Positions 12,873 through 25,581 of a stretch of 64,000 nt of DNA are shown here, piece by piece. The translations under genes were made by a program, and so were the position numbers. Under the pieces are notes generated by a model. The model was not told the DNA's origin, did no database searches, and saw only the letters and a list, made by a program, of their open reading frames with translations. Within the stretch, counting starts at the first letter, position 1. Each line of letters starts with the position of its first letter. The DNA comes from Diplonema japonicum (taxonomy: Eukaryota > Protista > Euglenozoa: Diplonemea): NCBI GenBank assembly GCA_964019335.1, contig OZ025700.1, forward strand, positions 459,046 through 523,045, given 5' to 3'.

Positions 12873-15800
12873 TTTGTGTTGTGTTTTGAAAGGTGTGGAA
12901 ACTGTGGTGGGTAAGTTTCGTGTAAAGATGATAAAAGAAAATAAGGATTAGTAAATAAAAAAAAAAGTAAAAACAAGACGGTGAGTGGGAGGGGGGAATT
13001 CCTTTTAAAAAGTGTTACCAATTGAAACGAAGCACGAAGAAGAAAGAAATCAGGTGATTTGCTTAAGGGAAAGAAAAAAAAAACGGTGGGAGGGGAGGCG
13101 AGAATATAATAGCAAGGCAAAAAAAAAATATATATTTAAAAAAAAAATGCATACTTTCTCTCTGAGATGTTGCGCGGTCCTCCTCCTCCCTTTTTTTCTA
13201 TTCTTTTGTATTCTCTTCCCTCCCTCCCTTCCCCTTTTTATTACCTGACAATATCATCAAGCAAACACTCTAACAAAGACGGGGACGGTGGGATGTTCAC
13301 TGGGGGGGAAAGGGGGGAGACAAAAAAAAATAGAAGTATGGCCCTTTAGACACCGAATAGCCCCCTTATTGTGGAACAGGAACATAAATAGAAGGCGAGT
13401 TTTTTGTTATTTAAATAAAGAAGAGAAAGGGGGTAAGAAATCAAGGAGGGGGTTCGATGAACCAGCGAAGGGTCACTTTCCTTTTATAGTTCCCTCGCAC
13501 TCCCTCCCTTTTCTCCCCAAACCCTGTCGTTTCTTAAGAAAATAAAAGAAAAAAGAGGGGAGAAACGGCAAAAGAAGGGCACACCACAAGGTTCTTACAT
13601 TAATCTCAACATCCTTCTTATAATTTCTACTTTTTGTTTCTTCTTCCCAAAGTAGTGATCCGCGTACCGGAACGAGATATGAAGAATAGGGACACACAGG
13701 AATATGACACAACAAGAAAAAATACCCCCTTTTTTTTTACTTCTTCTTTCCCTCTGTCAATAGACAGCCAACAACAGTCAGTTTTTACAGGACATTCAAA
13801 GCTACGATTATCTTTTTTTTCTTTTTTTTTTTTCTATTCAAATCTGACTGAGCTCGGCTTTGTGAATATAAAAAGAAAAGGAAGAAAGAAAGAAAGAAAA
13901 AAGAAGAAAGAAGAGTACCCTAATTGATTACACAGATAGCAGCACACGGAGCAGGGGGAGTGGAGTTCCACCAGCGGGAGGGGAGGTATCAAACAGCAAC
14001 TCCTCATTACAAAAAAGGACAAAACTGCCTTCTTTCTTCTTCTTTTTTTTTTGTTGAACCTATTTACCTCGAACCTCAACCAATCACAGATGGTAATCTA
14101 AAAAACCCCTTTTTTTCGGCTGAAAAAAAAAAAAAAAAACAGCGGCTTTTTTTTATGGATTAAAAAAAAGAGGGGAACGGAAAGAAAAACACCTGTGGGG
14201 GGGGGTCAAAAAACCGGAAACTAACCACTTTTTCTGATCTTTTTTCTTGTGGTACTTCTATGGTAACACAACGGACGGCTCATTGGCGGCAAGGTAAAGA
14301 CGTTTTACTACACCCTTTTGTTCATTTTGAGTCCCACTTGCGACATTTACTAAGGTCGATTTTTTTTTTTTTTGAATTTCTGCATTGTAAAAAAAAAAGA
14401 AAAAAAAAAAAAAAAAAGCAATCTTGACCTAAAGTGAGTGAGGAAAATGACAAAAGGGTGTACGGATAATAATTTATTTTTTTAAAAAAAATGCGTACCC
14501 GGCTTCAAAGTTAGCCCGACACTTCCTTTTCTGACTTATATTTTGGGCCTTTTTTTTTTACTTTAAAGCTCAGGCTCAATAACGCATTCGTGATGAAGCA
14601 CTTGTTTGTAATATAGATAGGGTTGAGCTAAGAAAAGAAATTCTCACATAAAGAAACCTGGGTCCGCAAGTGCCGGTTTATCTAGGCTAGGCAGTTTTTT
14701 TTTTTTTTTTCGGAAAAAAAAAAAAGACTCATGCAGCCCGACACTGCCGGTTTAAACCGCATCTTGTTCGTTCGGCATTTTCTTCTTCTTCTTTTTTTTT
14801 TTCCCTTCCGAGAGCTAATGTAACCCACATAGGACACCTTGCGTAAAGCATTCCAAGGATTTTTTTTTTCACTTTTTTCTTTATAAAAGAAAGGGGGGAG
14901 AAGGAGAAAAGGAGAAATAAAAACCCCGGTAACACGGAAGAAAATTGGAAGAGGAGGGGAGGGGGGGAAACGGAATAAAGCAACAAAACTGAATGAAGAA
15001 AAATAAAGAAGTTTTTTTTTTAACCCCTCCTTTTTTTTTTGTGAGGGTGTACTTTTTAGACTCACACTGAACCTCTTCGGAACCACTGCCCTGGCATTCA
15101 CTGCCACTGCACTTGGTAGCTGCCCAGCACATACATTGCACAATGGACCCATGTATTAATGAACTTGAACCTTTCTGGTTTTTTTTTTCTTTCCTTTTTC
15201 TATTTCTTGGCAAACTAATATCACCTTACTCATCATATCAGCTATCAGACTGATAGCCAAAAGAATGGGAGGATTCACAAGACATTCACGAGAGAGAAAA
15301 GAAATTGGGGAAAGTTCAAAAGAAAAAAAAAAGGAAAAAGGTGTCTCTTTCCTATCTGGGACCCCTTTTAAATAATATACTTTCCCATTCCTTAAAGCAC
15401 CTAATCCCACCTCCTTTTTCTCTCGGGCTGTCAGCCATTCCATCAGCCGGGAAAAGAGAATGAGTGGTGAAGCCCTTCTCAGTCGTGGTAAGTACGAAGA
15501 GGGGGGTGGGGGTGGGGGGGGGTCGTCACGTTACAAATCCAGTACCTTTTTTCATCCCCTGATTTGACTTTAATTAAAAACAACAATAAAACGAGAAATC
15601 AAAACGTTTTCAGATACAAAAAAAAAAAAAAAAAAAGTGGGAAAGTGAAGAAAAAAAAAAACGAAAAAGCGCTCACAATGATGGGGTGGGGAGAGTAGCA
15701 ATGACCCACCGCAGTTGCGTGTACCTTACGATGTCCCTTGTCCCTTGTGCCATGTCCCTTGTGCCAAGCTGACGTTTGTATCTTCGGATCCCTTCTTTTC

Positions 15801-15892
15801 GGAAATATTCTTCAGTCCGATGCGAGACTATCGAAGCCGAGGTCACAAAGAAGGGGTTGGGGTGAACAACACGTAGCTTCATGCCTAGCTGT

Positions 15893-18800
15893 CTACTCCG
15901 CCACAACAGGAGGAGGGGAGGGGGGGCACCAGATACTATCGTCGTCGGAAGAAGAAGCTATTTCGCTCTGCGGGTCAGGGGTGGACCTGACGATGCCGCG
16001 GAGTAGGCCAGGAGGCACAACGTTAGCTGTGGGAGGTGCTTGCACAGGCGCGGGCGGCGGGAAGAATGGAGGCTTTGGGCCAGTCGGTGCCCCCCCACCA
16101 CCACCGCCTTGGATGGATGGAGTCTGGAAGGAGGGGGCGTGGACGGAAGGGGCCGGAACGCTTCCTGCACTTGAGTCGAAGCTCTCTCCCGTATGCGTGT
16201 GTGTGTTGAGGGAGTGCTTGTTCGACTGTGGCGCGTGCAGCAGCTCGTTGCTCTGCTCGTCTGAGTGCGACAGCGAAGAGTGCGACGTCCCCAACCTCAG
16301 CGGGGGCGGTGCGTCAGCACCCAACCGGAACAGCACCTCCTCCGCCGACGGCCGTGCATGCCTGTTCGCCTGTAATGTCTGCCGCACTAAATCTACGACT
16401 AAGGGGCTGTACCCACGTGCCGAGATGCTGTCGGCCACCTCCTGGTGGAACCCCCTCCGCCCTACATGAACACACATCACTCTGCAGTTTCTGGACCGCT
16501 TTAAGCACATTGAGTAGATGATGCACCCCAAAGACCACAAGTCGATCTTCGTGTCGTACGGCCCGTCGAAGGACTCAGGCGCCATGAAGGCCATTGTCCC
16601 TGCGTGCGTGTGCATGTACGTCTTGTCCACCATCCGCGAGAGTCCGAAGTCCGCCACCACAATACGCTGCCTGTCGGACGTCATCAATATGTTCTCAGGC
16701 TTCAGGTCTCTGTGCACGACAGGGGGCGTCTGCTTGTGGAGGTGTAGCAGCACATCAGCAATCTGCCTTCCGAAAGACACGACAGTGACCTCTGGGATGA
16801 TGGGGTCAGGGTAAGTCTGGATGTAGTTAGCAAGATCGCCCTGTAGGGTTGTCGTTGTGTGCAAAACATACCTGCTCATAGTAAGGCAACACCATGAAGA
16901 CGGCATTGTCTGCGTTGAAGGACTCGATAATCTTCATCAGACCAGGGTGCTTCGGGAGGCACGTAAGGATGCTCACCTCCCGCTTAGCAATCTTCAGCTC
17001 CCTGTCACATCTGCAGTCGATCCTTTTCAGCGAGTAGAGGTGTCCATTAGACTTTTTCTTCACGAGGTACACGTGGCCAAAGCCGCCCCGCCCTAGTTGC
17101 TTCAGGATTTCATACCCGTGGTCTTCCTCAGGGGAGCGAGAGTCGGAGTAGCCCGAGCGCGACAGACTATCGTACCCACTCCCTGGGGGCGACCTGCGGG
17201 GCCGCTTGACTAAGAAGTCCTCGCTTTCACTACTCTCGCACATCTTATTCGCCGCAACAGCAACGATGATGATTGTCGCAAGCCCGCAGCTCGCAGCAGC
17301 CACAGGGGCCATCCAGTCACTGGACGAGGCGCTGCCTGGTTCACCGCGTGCCGAGACATCAAGCGACACGATGCTCGACAAGGAAGTGTAGATGAGAGTG
17401 GTGCCGTCCTTGTTCACGTCGAAGGAGTTCCATGGGATGAAAGACAGCACCCCCTGCAGCACATTGGGCCAGCCCATCATGTGCTTTGTCAGCTCTGCAC
17501 TGATGAAATTCTTCTTGAGCTCTTCCACACCCTCCTCGGACAGGCTGTCCCTCAGCGTGTCGTAGTCGTCAACAGACCGCAGCACTTCATCCATGTTGCC
17601 ACTGGTTACCTTGCCCTCATAGACTGGCGTCTTCCACAGCAGCCGCCCATCACTCACGCGCAAGGCTAAGAGGAAGGGATCTTCGAACCCAGGGAAGTTG
17701 TCGGTGTGGGTGCAGTTTGGTAGTGGTTGTGTTGGGGGCCACACACAGTAAGGCCATGTGCCATTGATGAAGGTGGCACCGCCCAGGAACACAGCATCAT
17801 TACCTACCTTCGGAGGCGACAAGGCCACCGACGAGTCTAAGGCGTATCTCCACAGGACTGAGTCATGGATGTCGGAGCTTGCCACCTGGGTGTCGATAGC
17901 CCACACAGTACAACCAACCCACCATACGGGGGGCATCCCTTCAATAGGCGCAGTGTCGCACGCAGTGAACACCGCAATAGGGGCCTCACCTTCTACAGTT
18001 GCCAAGACAGGCTGGCTGATAGAGGCGGCGATGCTGAGTTTCTGCTTCCATTTTGGCAGACCATGGGTGGGATCAAAGGCAATGATAGCACCATCGGGCT
18101 GTCCAACAGGGAAGGGCTTGTACTCGTCAAAGAAAGTAGTCGTCACGAGCGCTAGTTCTGTATTCGCTACCACACGCACCATCCACGGGTCTACCCTGAC
18201 CTTGACAGGCCATGACAGGACCAGGTCAAAAGATAGTGCAAAAATAAAATTTCCGGCATTGCTGGGATCTGTGCTTTTCCCGCTTTTGAAGACATGGTTG
18301 CCCTGCACCATAGGTGGGGTGAGCTGCCCTGTGTCGCCAGTTGCGAAGCCCCCTATGACGGTCCCGTTCTCGGCGCTACTCTTGTTGAGGATGCCGTCGT
18401 AGGTGACGAAATAAACACCGCCGCTGCCAGCAGCAACGCCCGTGGGGAAGACTCGCTCGCCGAAGCTGATGTTCCATTTCGGTTGCCCATTGTCAAGCTG
18501 CACAGCATAGAGGGAAGGGCCGTAAATGAAGTTGTCGATCTGCACATAGACGTTACCGTCGGCCACCACAGGAGGGAGGGAGAAGTGTACTAGCGAGTCA
18601 GTATAATTGAGATTGTTCATGAGAACAGTCCTGTTCCACAAGGGATTCCCCGTTGTGATATCTAGCCTCTCGAGCCAACCGACAGTTTCATTGCTGATGG
18701 AGAGACCACCTGCCACGAGATAGACGTTGGTCGCATCCACCACGGGGGGGCCTAGGAGGTCGTCGTACGACCTGTTCCAGTTAACTAGGGGCACTGACAA

Positions 18801-19058
18801 CAGAGGGGTTTGAGGCGCAGCAGGAGGGACAAACGGGGGTGGATCTCCTCGCTTCCACAGGCCGTCACACTCCGATGAACACGCAGTAGGGCTGTTGCAT
18901 ATTGAGTTCAAACTCCAACACCCGTAGCAGCTCCCAGAAGTGCTGTCTGCTTCACACAAATAACAACACTGTCCTTGAGCATCGGCCCGTAGAGTGATGT
19001 CCTCGCTCACGGTGCCTACTGTGCTGAATAATAGCAGCAATGCGCCTATTTCTCGCAT
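15893..19058 (-). CDS. Receptor-like transmembrane Ser/Thr kinase (signal peptide, PQQ-like beta-propeller, TM helix, NEK-like kinase); intron 16841-16871
   Basis: Signal MREIGALLLLFSTV; propeller repeats (GNPLWN, GQPKWN, GLPKWK, GRLLWK); TM AAASCGLATIIIVAVAA; GRGGFG, HRDLKPEN, DFG and APE motifs. The 31-nt intron joins the two listed ORFs in frame (YYEQ|GDLAN). Confidence 0.85.
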
Positions 19059-19366
19059 TTGGTATTTGGTGCGCGTATGCCACCCACCTGTCGTGTCTTT
19101 GAAGAAGAAAAGAAAAGAAGAAGAAAAGAAGAAAAAGCGAAAAAGGAAAAGGAGAGAAATTGCACCGAACAAACACGGGAAAAGAAAAGAAAAAACGAGG
19201 GGGGGGGGGGGGGGGAGCTCACAGATCGCCAGTGTTGAGAGCTCGAAACAAGTGCGTAATAATAATTGTTGTGCCTTCAAAGCATCATGTCTTGGTGAAC
19301 ATGTGAAAAGACGAACACACGTGTACCTTGGTAGGTACGGCACAGCACACGCAAAGCACGCCCACC

Positions 19367-20896
19367 CTACAGCTTGGCCTCCTTGGAGATCCCCTTCGTT
19401 GCCGTGCGAATGGCGAAGTCTGCCATGACTTCTTCGGAGCCACCCAGGATGGCAGAGAATTTGTAGTTCCTGATGAACTGTTCCACTTTGTAGCCCATGC
19501 CGCTTTTCGTCACAGCACGGCCTCCGAAGATTTGTGCAGCGTTGTCAGCAATCTTGCAGGACACACGTGTCGAATGGTACTTCAGAAGGGACATGGGTCC
19601 CCCGAGCCTCTTGGTCTGCTGCTGAAGAGACATCTGTGTCATCTGGAACGTGATGGCGTCCAGCCAGTGCTGCAGTGACTCGGCGCCCGCTGCCATTTCA
19701 GCCAACTTCTGCCTGACCACAGCCTGGGTAATGAGAGGTTTGCCGAAAACCTTCCTCTGCACAGCCCACTTGAAGCACTCCTCGATGACAACCCTACATC
19801 TCTCAGCAAGTGCCACCACCATGCCCCACCTCTCGTGGTTGAAATTGGCCATGATGCACATGAAGCCTTTGTTCTCTTTCCCGAGCAAGTTCTCAACAGG
19901 CACCTTGACATCTGTGAACATCACATAGGCTGTGCCTGCGCTCTGGGAGTAGGTGGTCTGGATCTGCTTCGTTCTCACTCCCTCGCTCCTAGGTACTACG
20001 AGCATTGAGATACCACCCATTCCAGCCCCTCCCGTCCTCACAGCAGTTACAAAGTAGTCCGCAAAAACTCCGCCTGTGATCCACTTTTTCTCACCATTCA
20101 CGATGTAGTACTTTCCACAGGGCGTCTTTTCCGCAGTGCACTTGATCTGCGCAACGTCACTTCCCACGTACGGCTCCGAGATGGCCAAGCAGATCCTTTT
20201 GTCACCAGACAGCACTTCAGTGAGCACACGCTTCTTCAAAACCGGAGGCGCGAAGTAAGCCACAGGTGGGAGGCCGATACCAAGACCTCCTCCCAAACCA
20301 TCTGTGAACCCCTGAGAGCCCATCCTCGCCACTTCCTGCTGGAATATCATCTCATGGAAGGTGTTAAAGTCTTCGCCCTTAATACCACCGATGGTGTGCC
20401 CATTCAACCAAGGACCGGGCCCTAGACAGGAGATCAGGACACCTGTGGACGCGATCCTCTTGTACAATTCGGGCGTGGGGTACTTTCCAGCAACATCGAG
20501 CGCCTGGCATTCAGCACTGTATTTCTCAGTAAGCTCCTGCCTGAGGTGCTTCTTCATCTCTATGTGAGAGGGGCTGAAGTACGGAGACTTGTAACCCTGG
20601 AGTGCAATCATCTCAGCATAAGGCACAGTGCTCATGAGCTGCGGTTTCTCGGGCAACTTAACGCCAGCAACCTTTGCCACCACCAACCTCTGGTACCTGT
20701 CCAGAACGTCCCTTCTGTGTAGCTCCCAGAAGGCCTCTGAAGCATCTTTTCCAGCGTGGTTCTTCATGACCCTCTCGCCACCAGGGTGCATGGCTGCGAA
20801 CTTGCTGATGTCGTAAACCAACCCATCAACCACCACCCACATGTCACCCGATTGGGTGTGCTTCTTTACCTCATCCATGGTGACTGTCTTGGCCAT
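19367..20896 (-). CDS. Cytochrome b5-fused acyl-CoA dehydrogenase with PTS1 (-AKL)
   Basis: HPGG b5 motif, then CLAISEPYVGSD, NGEKKWITGG, RKVFGK, QIFGG and ILGGSEEVM. Confidence 0.92.
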   Translation of the reverse strand: MAKTVTMDEVKKHTQSGDMWVVVDGLVYDISKFAAMHPGGERVMKNHAGKDASEAFWELHRRDVLDRYQRLVVAKVAGVKLPEKPQLMSTVPYAEMIALQGYKSPYFSPSHIEMKKHLRQELTEKYSAECQALDVAGKYPTPELYKRIASTGVLISCLGPGPWLNGHTIGGIKGEDFNTFHEMIFQQEVARMGSQGFTDGLGGGLGIGLPPVAYFAPPVLKKRVLTEVLSGDKRICLAISEPYVGSDVAQIKCTAEKTPCGKYYIVNGEKKWITGGVFADYFVTAVRTGGAGMGGISMLVVPRSEGVRTKQIQTTYSQSAGTAYVMFTDVKVPVENLLGKENKGFMCIMANFNHERWGMVVALAERCRVVIEECFKWAVQRKVFGKPLITQAVVRQKLAEMAAGAESLQHWLDAITFQMTQMSLQQQTKRLGGPMSLLKYHSTRVSCKIADNAAQIFGGRAVTKSGMGYKVEQFIRNYKFSAILGGSEEVMADFAIRTATKGISKEAKL

Positions 20897-20998
20897 TTTA
20901 AATCTCTTCTGTGGAGTGTGGAGTGTTGAAAACAATGGACCCTTTTTATTGCAGTAATAAAAGGATTTGGGGAAAGAAATATCAACGCCCAGCAAGGC

Positions 20999-21410
20999 CT
21001 AGTAGAGTTTTAGCAGCTCAACATCAAAGGTGAGCTCGGAGTTGGGGGGAATGGGGCCGATCCCGCGTGGCCCATAAGCAACCTGTGCTGAGTTGTTCTG
21101 ACGTGTGATGTCATACCTCTGGTGCGCAAGTCAGGCGCGCTTTCTCTCCGAGGCTCATGGCAGCCACACCCTTGTCCCAACATTTAATAACTTGCCCTGC
21201 GCCAACCGCGAATTGGAACGGCTCATTTCTGTGGTGAGACGAGTCAAACACTGTCCCATTGTCAAGGGTGCCAGTGTAATGCACATTCACGTTTTGATAC
21301 TCTCTTGCATAGGTCTTACCGTCACCTTCTTTAAGCGTCTCGACTGTCACACCAGGCGCCACCTGGCGCACTTTGGGAGCTTCTTCCTCCTTGCTTGACT
21401 TACCGCCCAT
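20999..21410 (-). CDS. FKBP-type peptidyl-prolyl isomerase; intron 21083-21116
   Basis: VHYTGTL..FDSS..GQVIKCWD..LTCAPE|VAYGPRGIGPIPPNSELTFDVELLKLY*. Confidence 0.92.
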
Positions 21411-21803
21411 TTGCAATGAGTCCTGTAATGCTTATTGGCTTGTACAAAGGCAGTCATAATAAACATATGTGTGTGGAGGTATCTGGCAACGATCTCAAGA
21501 AGTTCTAAGGGGTGAAAAAGGGCGGCTTCTTCTAAGCCGTGCATGCAAAGTATAATTGCAGCATTACAAAGCGCTTGTGTTGCTGGTACAATTTGGTGTA
21601 CTTCACATGGCGCTGTGCCGCGAGGGAATGTACATGAGATGACGGGTCTTGGGATTAGACCACATCGTCGGTGCCGTGATGTAGTAGCATAGTGAGCTCA
21701 TCACGGCAGCGAAGGGGGTGCTTAAAATTCACTCTAACAACGGTCGATGTTTACAAGGACATGTGTCCGCAGAGCAGAAGAGTTGATCTAAATAGATGGT
21801 GTA

Positions 21804-22799
21804 TTATGTGTGTTTCACGTGGCAACCTGGGCTGCATTTTCGCAAGGTGGCGCCCCGTTTGATGAGTCGCTTGCGGGAGTCTGACCTCACGGGCTGCTTC
21901 TTCGGTGTGCCATAAGTAGGTGTTGGTGCACGGGGAGTGCTAAACACTGCGGAGGTATGCCTCCTGATACGCGGCGAGGGGGGTTGGTGGGTCTGTGATA
22001 TAATATGATGTCTGTTGCGCTCTCTTTTCTGTTTGTAAACAAGAACGTCTATGTCCGACTGGCACTTCACAATCAGCTGGTTTAGCTCGTGCCACAGGTT
22101 CTGTTGCAGTTTTGTGCGAGCTGTCTGCTCTGCCGTCTGCAGCTTACGCCTGTCTCCCGAGCCAGCAGGTTGCTTCTTGACCGATGTCCTCCTTCCCGGC
22201 CTCGGGGCGGACCTCGACCTGTACGGCATGCCTGACATGGTGCGGGCTGCCTGTGCTTTGGCGGCTGTTGTAAGCTTCTTGTACTTCAAGCCTCCAAAGC
22301 TCGGGCTAGCAAGCTCATCTCTCTCGCCAAGACAGAAACCCTGGTTCTTGCTACCATTCTTCCACCAGTACACAAAGCAGTCGAACATCCCAATGATGAC
22401 CCCGATCTCTCCCTTGTTTGTCTCGATCTGATCACCGTGCCTCAGAGGCATCTTGAACGCTGATTCGTGTGTATCGACAGTCCTCCGCCTCCCGTCCTTG
22501 CAGTCTATGATCAGTGCTTGCTTCACAGGAGCCATGGGTGTCAGGTGGATGACCTTCTTCTTCTTCTTTCCGGCCCCTGTACTAAGCGTCCTGTTATACG
22601 ATGCCCTAGACCCTATGTCCTTTAGCACATCGTAAGCTTCTTGGATTTCCCGAAAGGTATCCGCATCCCCTTTGGACCTATCCGGGTGGTGCACCAGTGC
22701 CTCACGGCGATAAGCCTCCTTCACATCTTTCAGTGACGCGGTGAGGTTCAGACCTAACCTGGAGTACAGGCTGTCCTCCAGGGGGTCCTTGGCCACCAT
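21804..22799 (-). CDS. DnaJ-domain protein
   Basis: N-terminal J domain with HPD motif and IQEAYDVL. Confidence 0.85.
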   Translation of the reverse strand: MVAKDPLEDSLYSRLGLNLTASLKDVKEAYRREALVHHPDRSKGDADTFREIQEAYDVLKDIGSRASYNRTLSTGAGKKKKKVIHLTPMAPVKQALIIDCKDGRRRTVDTHESAFKMPLRHGDQIETNKGEIGVIIGMFDCFVYWWKNGSKNQGFCLGERDELASPSFGGLKYKKLTTAAKAQAARTMSGMPYRSRSAPRPGRRTSVKKQPAGSGDRRKLQTAEQTARTKLQQNLWHELNQLIVKCQSDIDVLVYKQKRERNRHHIISQTHQPPSPRIRRHTSAVFSTPRAPTPTYGTPKKQPVRSDSRKRLIKRGATLRKCSPGCHVKHT

Positions 22800-22924
22800 T
22801 TTGTAATGTTCCTTTTTTTAATTTGATTTTTTTTTTTTTTTTTCGTTTTGTTTTCACGAGAAGAAACTCAAGACTAAAATAAGAATAACAGCGCAGCATT
22901 ATTAAATGCTGCTCACGCATGGTG

Positions 22925-25510
22925 TTAATTATTAACAAGCTGAATAGAAAAGTTGGCGTTCGACCATACCTTTAGTGCAAAGGTTTCGGTTGACTTAGTG
23001 GTACCAATGTCGGGGATGAGGATGTAGAGGCCGCTTTGCAAGTGGGTGTTGAGATGCACTGTGGGGTGTGCTTTTGCGTCTTCGTCGTCGATAAGGTCAA
23101 TCATGTTCGATGTGAACAGCTGCAGACAGCGGGACCCTTTGGGTAGTGGCTCGTCTGGCGACTTCGCGCGAAACAAGTGCAGCTGTAGCCTGACACCATC
23201 GGGCATCTTATGTTTCACGAACCTCCTGTCCATCAGAGACAACTCGCACGTGATGAAACTGTTGTGGAACAGGCGCAACGCGTACTGGTTGTTGTCGAAG
23301 AACTGTTCCTCATTCGAGAACAGCGACCCTCCGCAGTGCTCTTCAAAAGAACCGTACACGGCACACTTCTGGTAACTACTGAAGTGCCAGCACGTCAGAA
23401 GGTATTCATGGTACTTCATATAGTCACAGAAGGTCAGCCATGTACCATGCTTCTTGGGGTCTTCAAGCACTTGGAGGGTGCTCAGTTTGTTCACAACATC
23501 TTCTGGAACTGACTCCGGCAGCGATGCAGGCGTGGGCCCGTTGAAGGGGTTAGCGCACAGCACAAAGTGCTTCATCCCCTCTCCATACTCAAAAGAAGCG
23601 ATGGTCCGCAGATAGCTATGTGCACCCATCGTGAGGCCCATTCTTGCGAAGTCGCGTTCATTAGCAACACCACGAAGCAACACTTTCCCTTCTTCGCCAT
23701 GTGTTTTGGATATCATCACACACAATGATTTCTCGTCGTCTCTTGCCCTCAGGTTCTCGATCCACCCACCCCTGTCTGTGAGAAGTGTGTACAGCGATGT
23801 TTCGGACAGGCCACCGCTTAGCATCTCCCATGCTCTGCAGGGGACATGTTTGCCTTTTGCATGTTGGAGGTCGGAATATGATCCTTCTAGCTTGGCGAGC
23901 ACCTTCTCTACCAATATAGGATAGATTTCGGTCTCGTTCCTGCTACACAAAGATGCAATGGCACCACTGTCTTTGTAGACGGGCACAAAGTCATCGACGA
24001 GAACGTACAGCCACTCGGTGTTCACGAACACTTTCACCGCATAACAACCATAGAAGTCAGTGCCATCAGAAGGGCTGAAAGCATACTCAAACTCACTAGC
24101 CTCCGGCAGAGATGCCACAACGAACGGGAGCCATGGGGTATCGAAGTGGCCGGGTTTTAACCCCCATGAATTGGTGCTTGCTGCTGTAATGCATGTGTAG
24201 TGCAGCATCTCACTAAGGCGCCTCCATTCTAATGTGTCATCGGAAGGTGGTTCCGTTGTGCGCGCACCGTACAAAGAGTACCGAGAGGGGGGGAAGTCAG
24301 GGTCAATGAACATGGAGTCAGATTGGAAGCACTGCGTGCATGTGTCTAACACAGGGTTGGATGTGTACAGAAGACGGGTACCTTCGTACCGTTCATGCTT
24401 CGACAGGTCGATGCCAAAACCCACCCCGCTCTGCGTTCGCTGGCATATGGGATGACAGGGGATCACGTGCTCGTTGCTCCCGAACGGTGTGTCGCCATAT
24501 ACACGGATGAAGTCAGCGAATGTCCTCACGTGGCTCATCTTTGTGTCTACATCAAGAGGCGGATACCTGCCGAAGCCCTTGATGTGCGTCTTCATCAAGT
24601 AGCGCTCACCATCCGTGATGCATTTTTGGGCAGCCGCTTTCCGCGACTCGAACGTTTCGTTGGTCTGCAAGCTTGCTGACTTCTCTTCCACACGTGCCGA
24701 GCGGTCCTTCGCCCCCTGGCCTATTTCAAACGTAGCACCTGAGATATGAAGTTTCGTTCTTACGTTAGCAGCATTCGCGGCGTCCTGACTCCTTTGATCC
24801 ATGATGTACCTGGGGTGTTGTATCGTGCGGATGTCAGCACTGCCCTTTGTTGCTGTTGCCCCTGTACTGCCAAACTCGACAACGTACTGCTCGTTGCTCA
24901 GGATTTCGACGATGGTCGCCTCCTGGTATGCATCACGCAGGGTGTCCACGGCGGCTATCACAGCTGTCCCAAACACCACGCATTCGGGTTTCAGGAAAAT
25001 ATCGGCGACAACACCTTTGTGTCCTTCTGGAAGCCACAAAGGCTGTCCCCATTCACCGTTGCTGTCCATAAATCTCACTTTGATAGGGTCACCATGCCGC
25101 GATTTATCTACCTCAAGAATTGGGACATGCAGGTATGTGAAGTCGCCAGCATAGGCATACACCCCTTGTTCTTCAACCCACAGGCTGTCTTTCTCTGCTT
25201 CAAAGTTGAAATACTCGTCAGGTTCTTCGTCTTTGTGATCCTGCACTTTCTCTAGTTCGCCGTTCAAGAACGCTAGGCACAACGCTGGGTTCTTGTTTCC
25301 CAGCACTTCTTCAAGCACCTTTTCTATCTCGCTGCTTACAAGGTCTTTATGTTTTAAGAAATTGACTTTCGTCATAATATCACTGTCACCCAAAACTCTC
25401 AAGAACTCCGTCCCCAATCCCACCCGTCTCTGACTCTCGGCCGTATCATGGTATTTCCCAATCTTGCTGTAGGCTTCGTACTCGTGAAGCCATGCCTGTG
25501 CCGTTGTCAT
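22925..25510 (-). CDS. Calpain-like protein, probably non-catalytic
   Basis: FIDPDFPP, WRRL, VLVDDFVP, LVEKVLAKLEGSY and a domain-III-like C-terminus. The QGxxGDCW motif is replaced by PGHFDTPW. Start uncertain. Confidence 0.8.
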   Translation of the reverse strand: MTTAQAWLHEYEAYSKIGKYHDTAESQRRVGLGTEFLRVLGDSDIMTKVNFLKHKDLVSSEIEKVLEEVLGNKNPALCLAFLNGELEKVQDHKDEEPDEYFNFEAEKDSLWVEEQGVYAYAGDFTYLHVPILEVDKSRHGDPIKVRFMDSNGEWGQPLWLPEGHKGVVADIFLKPECVVFGTAVIAAVDTLRDAYQEATIVEILSNEQYVVEFGSTGATATKGSADIRTIQHPRYIMDQRSQDAANAANVRTKLHISGATFEIGQGAKDRSARVEEKSASLQTNETFESRKAAAQKCITDGERYLMKTHIKGFGRYPPLDVDTKMSHVRTFADFIRVYGDTPFGSNEHVIPCHPICQRTQSGVGFGIDLSKHERYEGTRLLYTSNPVLDTCTQCFQSDSMFIDPDFPPSRYSLYGARTTEPPSDDTLEWRRLSEMLHYTCITAASTNSWGLKPGHFDTPWLPFVVASLPEASEFEYAFSPSDGTDFYGCYAVKVFVNTEWLYVLVDDFVPVYKDSGAIASLCSRNETEIYPILVEKVLAKLEGSYSDLQHAKGKHVPCRAWEMLSGGLSETSLYTLLTDRGGWIENLRARDDEKSLCVMISKTHGEEGKVLLRGVANERDFARMGLTMGAHSYLRTIASFEYGEGMKHFVLCANPFNGPTPASLPESVPEDVVNKLSTLQVLEDPKKHGTWLTFCDYMKYHEYLLTCWHFSSYQKCAVYGSFEEHCGGSLFSNEEQFFDNNQYALRLFHNSFITCELSLMDRRFVKHKMPDGVRLQLHLFRAKSPDEPLPKGSRCLQLFTSNMIDLIDDEDAKAHPTVHLNTHLQSGLYILIPDIGTTKSTETFALKVWSNANFSIQLVNN

Positions 25511-25581
25511 GTGTACCTGTGTGACTTGTGGTGGAAAGCGGACACAGATCAGAGTTGAGTTAGGTATGACTGTGTTAACAA

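Noticed and set aside
10197-12914. Conserved plus-strand ORFs over the Tyr-rich genes
   Set aside because: Antisense shadows; their ends vary between copies while the minus-strand ORF is constant.
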